Below are positions 26,515 through 39,236 of a DNA stretch of 64,000 nt, piece by piece. The position numbers were made by a program, and so were the translations under genes. How positions within the stretch are numbered: the stretch's first letter is position 1; each line of letters starts with the position of its first letter. The notes below the pieces were generated by a model that did no database searches, was not told where the DNA came from, and saw only the letters and a list, made by a program, of their open reading frames with translations. This DNA comes from Octopus sinensis (taxonomy: Eukaryota): NCBI RefSeq assembly GCF_006345805.1, contig NC_043005.1, positions 8,742,001-8,806,000 of the forward strand, given 5' to 3'.

Positions 26515-27069
26515 CTTTATTTTTGTAGCGTGCTTTCACTTCACTACCGAGCGTAGCTCTGTGTGCCTTGGGTATGTGCTGTCATTTGTTGTGATGCTCT
26601 GATGGTTATTGTATGGAAAATGTTTTGCGTAGAATGTGTGCAGTGCCCAGTAGTGCAATTTTCTGTATGTTATATTACGTTATGTATGTTATCTGCTAGC
26701 TAATTTTTCATGTGCTTTTGTCTTTGCAATTAATTTTCTTTTCTTTGTAGCAGCAGATGGCGCATTTCCTTCAGCCTGATCAATCTGGTGGGTATCTAAG
26801 AGATCAGCAGCGAATTTTTTGCTCTCTTTGAGAATAGAGTGAAGTTTTGTCGGTCTTTCATGTTTTTCAACAAGTTTTAGCATCCAATCGTTGGTTGCCT
26901 CAAGGTATTTGGCCAGTCCGATTGTGGTGATTTTGTATGTAAGCTGGATCAAACCTCGACCTCCCTGAGCTCTGGGAAGGTAAAGGCAATCCACCTCTGC
27001 CTTTGGATGGTGCATCTTATTACAAGTCAGTAGCTTGCGGGTTTTTCTGTCAATTTTCAAATAAAGCTA

Positions 27070-27127
<58 letters not shown>

Positions 27128-27146
27128 TAATAATAATAATAATAAT

Positions 27147-27150
<4 letters not shown>
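26515..27150 (-). mobile_element. R4/Dong-like (restriction-like endonuclease clade) non-LTR fragment: internally deleted, with body apparently inverted relative to its (TAA)n tail
   Basis: KIDRKTRKLLTCNKMHHPKAEVDCLYLPRAQGGRGL (post-RT motif HPKA.VDRLY.PR..GGRGL) joined to C-terminal YNIQKIALLGTAHILRKTFSIQ* and a 3' UTR; tail aaataaagctactg(aat)n lies on the + strand. Confidence 0.85.
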
Positions 27151-27189
<39 letters not shown>

Positions 27190-28324
27190 CATATATATAT
27201 ATTTAAACAACTATGTACAATTAATAAATAAGATCAGTCATCTTCTACTCAGATCAATCTATGTATTATAAGGCTTTGAATCCATGGCTACAAAATGTCT
27301 TATTCGTTGGAATTCAAAATTTGAAGAATTTCCATAATGCTATTAACGTAAGTGAAACATTGAAAAAAAAACTTGTGTTTGTTATTCTGTATCTTGTTTC
27401 ATTGTTTTTCTGATTATTCCGGATATACAGCCGTATGATAATTGCATAATGTGGCATAACATAGAGTGCCACAAATCAGTGAAATTTAATTAGTAAATTA
27501 CTGTTACTAAAATTTTCCAAATTCTTAGAATACCATGATATATAAACAAATGATTTTCGTGGAGTAAAGAATCGTTTGACGATTTAATTAAATTTTTCAA
27601 TGTAATTATTATATCGTTGATTTCCCCCTTTACTGCAGACATATTATTAATTCTCGGACTATTACAGATCTGATTTTGTTTAAATATTGTTGTTATGCAG
27701 AGGGCATTACACATAAAATATTTGAGTGCAACGATTTACAGAAATTCATGCAAACGAGGCAAGCAGCTTGGTGTATATACTAGCATGAAGAAACATAAAC
27801 TATTAGATTTTTTGTAAACAATTAAAATATTTGAAAACCATTTAAACATCTGAATTACATCTTCTCTGCGCGCATCAGTTATATATTGAGCTACGTTTAA
27901 CATTTCTGAAGAGAAGATTTGTATCTGGAACAGATAGGAAATGAAAGGATGTAGTAATTATATTAAAAATTCATGTAAATGTTTCACTAAGAACATTATA
28001 ATTCATTTACTTACAATTGTGACTGTAAAACACTGAAGACATATTTCTCAAATACAAGCAACAATCCAGTTTCGTGCATACACAAATATATCAGGAAAAT
28101 ATAACGTAAACAGAAGCGCGCATACACAGATACTACACACCACACACACACACACTCCCATACTCATGCACATACACAAACATACACATATACATATGAA
28201 AACATATACGTATGTATATATATATATACATATATATATAACAAAGTGGAGTTGTGGGGTACATATATATATATGTATGTGTATATGTACAAACATACAT
28301 ATACGTTATATGTATGTTATATGT

Positions 28325-29334
28325 ATGCATAAAGAACAAATAAATCTCCCGGAATACCGACAAATTCCACTGAGTGACCACTTAGACTCATGTGCTAAAT
28401 ACTTAAACCCCAAATTCTATATATTCCCCTTCTACCAATGTAAAGACGGGATCACCACACAGGAGAGAATTAACAAGGAGAATCTCTTTATTGAAAAATT
28501 CCAAACACAACTTAATATGCAAACTCCTCGTTGATCAAACTTCCTTTCTCTACCTCACTCTTCATGGATGGACTAACACAAATATATAAAGATACCATGC
28601 ATTCATCACTTCAAGCTAAAACTTATATTCTTTAAATATCATTTTTACTATTGTTGTTATTACTATCATTTTTATTATAAATGATATGACAATTTGAAAT
28701 GCAATTGTCTATGCAGATTTATATAATTAGAAAATAATATAAATAAAGTGTTAAAATCTGAAATTTAAGTTAACAAGCAATTATATAAAAAAGATAACGC
28801 AAATGAAGCTAAAATGATAATTTTATAATTTGGGTTTTATTGAAGAACTTAAAAGAGTTGTCTCCCCTTACTCACAACACAGGAACTGAAGATCCACAAT
28901 TACTACTACTTCCTGTCCTGCAAACATGCTGAATTAAACCACACAACACATGCTCTTAATCCCTTTGGATCTTAATACCTCAACGTAATTTTTTCGTGAA
29001 CAATCATAAAACTCAAGATACACAACGAACTCACAATGTATCGGAGTAATTAGTTTTTAATTTTTGTACATTTTTATCATTATTCTTTTGCAAAAAACAA
29101 TGCAATTTTCTTTTTTTCCCCTTTCTAATTTTTAAAAAAACCTTTTAAAACATAAATATTCTTGACAAGTCATACAATGACGAAAACCGGTTGAATAAAT
29201 ATATATTTATACATTTTATCAATTTCTCATTTTATTAAAAATTTCTTTCATTTGAGCATTCTGCATTTTTTAAAAAAATTTTCCTTACTTATCATTTCTC
29301 CACGTGCGGTCAACACAACCCCACCATTTATTGA

Positions 29335-29345
<11 letters not shown>
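28325..29345 (+). mobile_element. Penelope-like element 3' end: C-terminus of GIY-YIG endonuclease plus AT-rich terminal repeat ending in (TA)n
   Basis: HKEQINLPEYRQIPLSDHLDSCAKYLNPKFYIFPFYQCKDGITTQERINKENLFIEKFQTQLN matches PLE EN C-termini (H..QI....RQ.P.S.H...C; R...E..FI.KF...LN); hammerhead motif at 29157. Confidence 0.75.
29157..29197 (+). ncRNA. Decayed minimal type I hammerhead ribozyme
   Basis: Stem I tattc/gaata; core TTGACAA (vs CTGANGA); stem II GTCAT-aca-ATGAC; GAAA; palindromic ACCGGT stem III. Confidence 0.6.
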
Positions 29346-29376
<31 letters not shown>

Positions 29377-29439
29377 TACATACATACAGTTGAGCACCGT
29401 CTTTAAGAAAAATAGCACCAAGACACAATTCTGCCTGCT

Positions 29440-30109
29440 AGAAATTTGGAAACGATATGCTGTACTGCTTGGCATTCACGCCGGAAGCTCGAAAACGAAC
29501 ATTTTCAGAGTGTTTGGGTATGAACCTAAGGACATTGCAATCTGAAGAGATGTGTCGAGAGTGGTAAAAATGAAACATTCAGTCAACATCATGGTGTTTG
29601 GTATGATCACTAGTGATGCCGACCTTATACTTCCATTCATGTTCCAATACACCCTCCGACTCAACATGGATGCCTATATCGAATGCCTGGAGCAGGTAGT
29701 GCTGCTCTGGGCCAAGAGGGTGGCTACTGGAAGACCCTCTATCTGGCAACAAGACTCTACACCATGCCAGTCATGGCTGTCAGACAATTTCTACGACCAC
29801 ACCACCCCTAACATCTCTTCACCTAACTCCCCAGACTGCAACCTCTTGTTTATTACGCGTGGGGTGCAGTTGGGTAAAGACCAAGATGAGATGAAGGCAA
29901 AGGTTATGGCAGCATTCACCAACTTAAACAAGGAGACCGTCCAGAGGAGTTGTAGGTGTTTCCAAAGTCTTGTGGAGGCCGCGGTTGAAGCCAATGGTGA
30001 TTTTATTGTATAAATTTAGTCTTCAGTATTTGGAGATATTATTTGGTAATTTTGGTAAATATATATGTTAAATTGCTTAATTTAGACGACAGTTTATCCA
30101 CCGCACCCT

Positions 30110-30110
<1 letters not shown>
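29440..30110 (+). mobile_element. Tc1/mariner (DDxD-type) transposase fragment with right end
   Basis: KHSVNIMVFGMITSDAD..PF.F...LRLN.DAYIECLEQVV..W......WQQDSTPC...SPNSPDCN...VEAAVEANGDFI; internal deletions; putative TIR gacgacagtttatccaccgcaccct near 30085-30110. Confidence 0.85.
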
Positions 30111-30399
<289 letters not shown>

Positions 30400-30400
<1 letters not shown>

Positions 30401-30650
30401 CGTTTTTTCCGTCCTTGTATTTGTATACATTCGCTGCTTTCTTCCAAGGAATCTAATGCTCTTGGGGCTGGCCAGATTGAAGCAATCTTAAGATAATCAG
30501 CCGAAATTGCAAGGATAATCTGGAGCTTGACTGAAGAAAGAAAACGTCAAATGATCCGTCTTCTTTTTCTTTGTATCGCGTATCTGCATGCTTTGTTCTC
30601 CCTTTTGGTATCACCTAGCCTGTCCGGATGTTTTGCGTTCTTGTCCCAGT
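30400..30650 (+). mobile_element. Short repeat between (TA)n runs, probable PLE terminal-repeat remnant
   Basis: Flanked by (TA)n on both sides; contains ctgaaga and gccgaaattgcaa motifs; family assignment is from recall only. Confidence 0.3.
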
Positions 30651-30711
30651 TTGTATATATATATATATAGATACATATACATACATACACACACACACAC
30701 ACACCACACAC

Positions 30712-30744
<33 letters not shown>

Positions 30745-30828
30745 ATTTATAGCTGTGTACGTACACTTTGTACTCTTATATATATAGATATATATTTACA
30801 GCGGTGTACGTACACTTTGTACTTATAT

Positions 30829-30887
<59 letters not shown>

Positions 30888-31298
30888 CACATACATATGC
30901 TTGCACATATTGTGAAATTGACACATATTTACATTGCACATACATGCACACACAGGCACACGCACACACACACACACAAGCGCCAATATGTACATAGTTA
31001 GTTGAATCCCTTTTATTGATTGGGTCTCTCGCGAAACGATGTACTAATTAATCTACTCTGTATTTTCAGTCCATCAGCTGATAGCCATTTGCAAGAGCGA
31101 GATTACTCTCCTAATTCACTTATTCTTTTTTCTTCAACTAGTTTTTTCCTGGTCTTTTCTCATCTCCTCCTACTATCTTTAGAAGAACTATATCTGAAAT
31201 GTTACAGTCAGTATCTCAGTATCTTCATTTTGCAATTTCTTGCACATGTCTTTTGTTCTTCGCAAAATAAAAATACACACATCAATACGCACATATAT

Positions 31299-31650
31299 GG
31301 ACTCCAAATTTGCCATCAAGATGTAGGACAAGATACTGTGATAGCCTGGGCTTCAGAGGTCCACAGCCCTTCAATATCCTCCTGAGAACCTGAGGGACCT
31401 GCATGGGGTGAATGCGGATGTCTTTAAAGTAGGACTGGATCTCTTCCTGTCAGGTGTCCCGGATGAACCAACTTCACGGCAGGAGGTGCAGATGAGGGCA
31501 GCTGCATCGAACTCTCTCATGCACCAAATGGCAGTTGCTAAAAAGCATTCGTGAAGTAAAATCATGTAGCAACACCAAATGGCGGTGCCTCAGCATGGCC
31601 ACAGCTCGTGAGCTGAAACTAGATAAAATAAAAATAAAATAAATAAAAAT
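31299..31650 (+). mobile_element. 3' end of a CR1/L2-group LINE (ORF2 C-terminus, 3' UTR, A-rich tail)
   Basis: RYCDSLGFRGPQ(L)FNILPENLRDLHGVNADVFKVGLDLFLSGVPDEPTSRQEVQMRAAASNSLMHQM (one frameshift); UTR ends ggcggtgcctcagcatggccacagctcgtgagctgaaac plus (ataaa)n. Confidence 0.8.
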
Positions 31651-31698
31651 ACACACACACGCCTACATCGATTCCCACCAAAAATACATGCATAAGTA

Positions 31699-32042
31699 CA
31701 TACATACATCCATACATACATACATAATGGCTGCTCCCTCGTTATTGAGTATGGCCATTGCACAAAGCTTAACTGTTATTGGTGCTGTGATCGAATGTGA
31801 CTTTTATTTGCTTTTTAAGTCTACAGCCAGCTATTCAGTTGAGACTCACAGCACTATCAACGATCATGAACAATGTTGCTATCGTCCAATGCCTGTGCAA
31901 GAACATTTTTTTTAAAGTGAGCAAAGGCTGTGTAGTGAGTCAGTCCCACTCACTAAGCAACAGCAGCCATAATCCGAAAAGAAGAACAGGTCAACGTTAT
32001 CGGTAACCACTGAGCGGCAGGTTTTATGTGCGAGCTTACCCA
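31699..32042 (-). mobile_element. 5'-truncated copy of RTE-like non-autonomous element with (ATGT)n tail
   Basis: Collinear with 33218-33445, carrying about 100 bp extra at 31773-31872. Confidence 0.75.
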
Positions 32043-32607
32043 CGGATTTTTATGGAAAACACCATACAGAATTCTGGTGCATATAAATTAAGTACCATAT
32101 TCATTTGAATATATATACATACATATACATGCGCATACATACATATATTCATGCAGACACGTACACTTACACCCTTATTTATATATTCACATATACTTTG
32201 CATGTATATACACACACAAACTCTAAAATACAAGGCTTCAACAATTTATTTAAAGGATATTTTTGAGCTTACGAACCTTACATATTTTCTAGATTATATT
32301 TGTTCCTTGCTGAATTAAACTTTGTTTGAAATGTGTGAAATCTGCAACTGGCCTATATGTTTATCACCTTTCTAATCCATTTATATATGTGTATATATAT
32401 ATATCCTTACCTCATAGCGTTTTTATATCTCCTTCATTCTGGAAAGATATAAAATTTTTGTATGTCTTTCAAAATTGAAATTAAATTATGTGGCTTTGAA
32501 TCGTGCTTCTAAACCATTTTACTTACATGCAAAAGGTTTGTAGCAAATTAGCGAATAAATAAATAGATAAATAAAGAATAAAAGTGAGGGATAAAATATA
32601 AAAAGTA

Positions 32608-32626
32608 AATAATAATAATAATGATG

Positions 32627-32682
<56 letters not shown>

Positions 32683-32706
32683 CTAATAATAATAATAATA
32701 ATAAAC

Positions 32707-32773
<67 letters not shown>

Positions 32774-32783
32774 TAATAATAAT
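32608..32783. repeat. (TAA)n microsatellite
   Basis: Direct reading. Confidence 0.97.
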
Positions 32784-33217
32784 TTTCATAGCAACAACGT
32801 CTAATTTGTTTCGATACTTTATATCATGTTTAATATTTACTCATATTTCCACGTTGCTGCAATTAATATAAAAAGCAAGCCCTATTAAAATTTAATATGC
32901 AAACTGATGTAAAATGGTTCTCATTGTTAATTGTATAAAATAAAAAATATATACATAGTTAGGTGGAAACTTTTTGAACAGAGCTTAATTATTTGAAGCA
33001 AATGATTCCCTTTTCAAATTCGCTCCGGTAAAATTCGTTTATATATTGGATTACTCCGCAGCATAATTATTATTATGCTGGAAATCATGTGAATGCGCTT
33101 CTTTCTCTGTGTATGCGTGTACGTTTGATTTTTCGTAATCCCTGTTTCTATTTATGTATCTATTTATGTATATATGTGTGTACATATATACTGTATGTAT
33201 ATATATATATATATATA

Positions 33218-33778
33218 CATACATACATGGTGGCTTCCCCCTCGTTATCGAGTATGTTCATTGCACGAAGCTTAAATGTTGTTATCGCCCAAGGCCTGTG
33301 CAAGAAGATTTTTTTAAGGTGAGGAAAGGCTGTGCACTGAGTCAATCTCACTCATGAAGCAACAGCAGCAGCCATAATCCGAAAAAAGAACAAATCAAGA
33401 TCATCGGTAACCACTGAGCCGCAGGTTTTATGTCGGAGTTATCCCAGTTATCTGAGTTACCTTCTCCTAGAATGATTCCCGAACGAAGGCTAGGAGTCCT
33501 TCACTCCCAATGGTTTAACCGCGCGATCGGGTATTCAGTCCGATTATTTATATGTCCCCGCGCATGATACAGCCTTAAGGCATTTATTGGATGGCCGTTG
33601 AATCTCAATGGTTCCTCCGCCCTTTGACGGGTTTTATTTTTCATCCCGCAGGGTGTCCAATAAACACCCTCCTCACCAAGCAAGCTTGGTGGTGTTGCCG
33701 GTTTAGTCGCCGACAATCCGAACATGCAACAGGTTGTACTGGGTTACATGTTACCAGTAGCACTCGAAAGTAACCTGA
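33218..33778 (-). mobile_element. RTE-like non-autonomous retroelement (5' UTR-like part plus (ATGT)n tail, no ORF)
   Basis: Minus strand contains ctaggagaaggtaactc..ataaaacctgcgg, similar to the RTE 5' UTR motif; (CATA)n on both flanks; second copy at 31699. Confidence 0.65.
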
Positions 33779-33809
33779 CATAACATACATACATATATAC
33801 ATACATACG

Positions 33810-33857
<48 letters not shown>

Positions 33858-33902
33858 TATATATATAATATATATATATAGATATATATATATATATATA
33901 TA

Positions 33903-34161
33903 ATAATTGATGGAACATTATTCCAAACTTACAGGGAAAAATTCAATTTAGAAATACTAAATCAAATTTCACAAAATATAGTATATATATATATATATAA
34001 ATTAGAAAAAAAAGCACCTTTTATCAATTCAAGATGAAAAATTAAATTACACCATCTAGAAAATTACATATAATAGAAATATCAAATATAATATAAAAAA
34101 TAATATACCGATGATTAAGTAATGTGCAAAATAATAAATAAAACGTAGATATTTGGTATAT

Positions 34162-34210
<49 letters not shown>

Positions 34211-34290
34211 GAAATATATATATATATATATATTGTATGTATATATGGTATGTATGCATGCATGTATGTACTCATACATATACATCCGAG
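33903..34290. mobile_element. (TA)n-embedded repeat related to 13545-13650
   Basis: Shared ~30-nt motif ttccaaacttacagggaaaaattcaatttag. Confidence 0.5.
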
Positions 34291-34904
34291 AAACAAGGTT
34301 CAGATTTCTGGAATTTCTAGATAAAGAGGATTTGCAAATTATTTCTCAAGAACAGAACGCATCACTCGATCCATGAATTGAGAACGCAGCCATGTCATTT
34401 TGACTGCATCATCCTAGACATTAGAACACGCACACACATAAACATATATGTTTATGTATACGTGCATATGCACACATACATACACACATATATATTATTC
34501 AAAGGGGTACTGCGTCACTATGTAATATAAGATTACGACCCAAACGTACAAAGAGCTACAGGAGAAACGTGTGGGCATTTTCCATTTCATAAATCGTGTA
34601 CACCAAATGATTTATAGTTTCGGCATTTATAATTGTACAGCTTTCCTTAGCCCACGCCAGCATATCTGGTTATTGTGGTTAATATATTAACAGTTGAATA
34701 TGTGGAAAAGTAAATAAAGTTAAATATGTAGCGGTATTATAAACAAAAGCAAGAAAGATGAGAGAACTAAACAAGGAAAACAGATGAATAGTCAAGCCAA
34801 AACCGCAGAGACAAGGTCCAGGAAAGCGCAACAAAACAATATGGTTAAAGTTATTGGCTAGAACAAAAAAATAACTGAAAGATAATGACGCCTTTATTTG
34901 CCTA

Positions 34905-34905
34905 T

Positions 34906-34997
<92 letters not shown>

Positions 34998-35215
34998 TTT
35001 CCTCTTCCCCTTTTTTTTCCTCTTTTTCCTTCTTTTTTCATTTTTCTTTTCTTTTGTTCCTTTTCCCTTTTTTCTTTATTTCTTTTCCCTTTCCTTTTTT
35101 TTCCCTCTTACGATCCCTTTTGATCGAAAACCTACGCCACCTTTTTTTTTTCTTACAAGCTCTACCTTGTAACTTGTCCCATCTGTGTGCAGCCCTGTGT
35201 GGCCAATAAGGAAAC

Positions 35216-35293
<78 letters not shown>
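34905..35293 (+). mobile_element. Pyrimidine-rich retroelement-like 3' end inside a (TATC)n microsatellite
   Basis: (TATC)n, then a ~220-bp insert ending ctgtgtggccaataaggaaact, then (TATC)n. Confidence 0.5.
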
Positions 35294-35294
<1 letters not shown>

Positions 35295-35693
35295 GGCAAA
35301 ACACTGTAGGGCAGCGAAGAGGGATACCTGAACGGAAATCGGTCGAAAATTCCCGCTGAAGAAGGAAAGTGACAAGAAGCAGATGAAGGCGGGCGGAAGT
35401 GTAAAAGAGAGAGAGATGCAGGAGGCAATGTTGTCGTGAAAAATAATGTGAGAGAGAAAGATAGAGAGAAAAGGTAAATATAATGTAATAACAAGTTAAC
35501 AAAATAACGATGGGTAAAGATATTTGTGCGTCGCTATGGAGATACACTAGCATAGAGACTTTTCCTTTCAATGGCTATTCAAAGCACAAATTTGCTGTTC
35601 GGTGATTAAGATTTAAGATGCACACACACACACACACGCACAAAGATATATATGTATCTGTGTGTATATATATATATGTATGCCTGTCTGTGC

Positions 35694-35730
<37 letters not shown>

Positions 35731-35766
35731 TATTTCTATACATACATACATACGTACATATACTGA

Positions 35767-36181
35767 TTTTACTCTATTACTTGTTTCAGTTATATGACTG
35801 CGGCCATTCTGGAGCACCGCCTTTAGTCGAGCAAATCGACCCCAGGACTTATTCTTCGTAAGCCTAGTACTTCGTAAGCCTATTCTATCGGGCTGTTTTC
35901 TCGAACCGCTATGTTACGCGGACGTAAGCACACCACCATCGGTTGTCAAGCGATGTAGGGGGACAAACACAGACACACAAACATATACAGACACATACAT
36001 ACATATATACATATATATCACGGGTTTCTTTCAGTTTTCGTCTACAAAATCTACTCACAAGGCGTTGGTCGGCCCGAGACTATACTAGAAGACACTTGCC
36101 CAAGGTGTCATACAGTGGGACTGAACCCGGAACCATGTGGCTGGTAAACGAGCTACTTACCACAAAGCCACTCCTGCGCCT
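35767..36181 (-). mobile_element. SINE family A
   Basis: Reverse complement of head aggcgcaggagtggctttgtggtaagtagc; tail at 35767. Confidence 0.92.
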
Positions 36182-37380
<1,199 letters not shown>

Positions 37381-38801
37381 CACACGCACACATATACACA
37401 CTAACATACGAATATATACATAGAAACACACGCAAAATTTATTTAACACATGTCATGAATACGTCAATTTCGAGTTTTGTAGAGGACTGATGAACTATTA
37501 TTATGATAAATAAATGAGCAAATTGCACGAGTTAAGGGCTGTTCACTATTCAGCATGACAATTTAAGGGCTTTTTTAAAATTTTAAAATGTTTCAGCTGC
37601 AAAATATGTTCCTGATACTATTTCCTAGAATGCATATCAATGCAGTCGCAAACTTGCTCTGTTAACCAGTGCTACATTATATTCATGGGCAATTTTTGAG
37701 AATTTGTGTAATTGTTTGTTATATTCCTCTTCAATTTGACCATGACCACTTTTATTAACACTCTCTGCACAAATACACGCACCTTTCAATTTGTTTTCAT
37801 GAATAAAAATGTGTATAATCGTTTTAAACATGCCTCTCTGATTCAAGGCTGAAATAAAATCTCTTAAACTGAAAGAAATTATGTCAGGTTGAACCTCCAA
37901 TGCAGTAAATACCTAATCGTAAGAAGACAACAGAGCGATGGGCTGCTATTTCTATAGGAGAATTTCGACGATATTTTTACACTCAGTCGCCAGCTCATAA
38001 TTTATTTGGTTTCAGATGTAAGATGAAGACTCGCTTTTTAAAGATCCTTCTATGAACCAGTAGACGTTTTTATTCTCTCTACGTCAATTGTGTCTATAAC
38101 TTCAATCATTGAAAAAGAAACATAACTTTATTAACACCAGTCAGCAAAACACATTCAATTCTGAAATATTTCAAAATCAAATCATAGGTAAAATTGATAT
38201 AATAATTCTATCGTTATAAAATTATTTTCTATAATCACTAAAGATGACGGATACCAATGAGTCTAAGTCGTTAAATATTCATAGGTAAATAGACATTTGA
38301 ATTTCAGAAAGAGTCACCGTATTCACAGCAAGTTCAATTTTAGCAAATTTCTCAAGAGAAATTATGTATCGACGAATACTTTATCACATATAATATTTCA
38401 TTATTGATGCTAAATACTTGATATTGCAAGACTGACATTCCTTTAAATCTTCGAAGATACGTTGTTAATAGCCAAGTGAAACTGAAGATGGTGGTGAAGG
38501 CTAATTGAACGTTTCACGGACGAGACTGTCTGTTGCGTGCACGGGTCGTAGCCAAATAGTTAACGAAAATAACGTGACAAAGCTTTTGGCTATCTGCTGC
38601 CGTTCCATTTTACACTCGGAAATAGAATAAATCTAAGCCAGCTGGCAAAAATACTTAGAGAGAGACTGAGAGAGAGAGAGGCTTGAAGGGAGAGAAGGAG
38701 AGGGAGCGAAAGAGGGAGAGAGGGGGAGGGTGAGAGGGTGAGAGGAGAGAGGTATATATATATATATATATATATAGACATACATATATATATATGCTTA
38801 C

Positions 38802-38877
<76 letters not shown>

Positions 38878-38914
38878 CATACATACATATATATATGCAT
38901 ATATATATATATAT

Positions 38915-39219
38915 GAGAAAATAATTTCTTCGATGGTTTTTCAAAAAACCAACAATTATTTACTGGTATATTTCGGTATGTAAATATGACCATTAGCGGC
39001 AGGAACTTCTGTGAAGTTCAGTATATATTGTATGTAAGTAGAAGGGGCAGGCAACAGGTTGCTTTCCCGCATACCGAAAGAATTAGAAAGAGCAGTCGGG
39101 GACTGTTTATTTCTATTTTCTACAAGTGGGGCTCCACATACGACATAAATAGGAGGAATAAATAACGAAAACAATGCCTAACCGTTAATAGCGTATTAAC
39201 GGTTAGGCATTGTTTTCGT
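38915..39219. mobile_element. Repeat fragment between (TA)n runs ending in a perfect 26-bp-arm hairpin
   Basis: acgaaaacaatgcctaaccgttaata-gcg-tattaacggttaggcattgttttcgt at 39165-39219. Confidence 0.55.
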
Positions 39220-39236
39220 CACTTATATATATATAT

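Noticed and set aside
37637-37900. 87-aa minus-strand ORF containing an 86-bp exon-like piece (37783-37868, LRDFISALNQRGMFKTIIHIFIHENKLK)
   Set aside because: No recognisable domain and no partner exons found. ORFs of this length are expected by chance in 64 kb. It would need RNA-seq or tBLASTn support.
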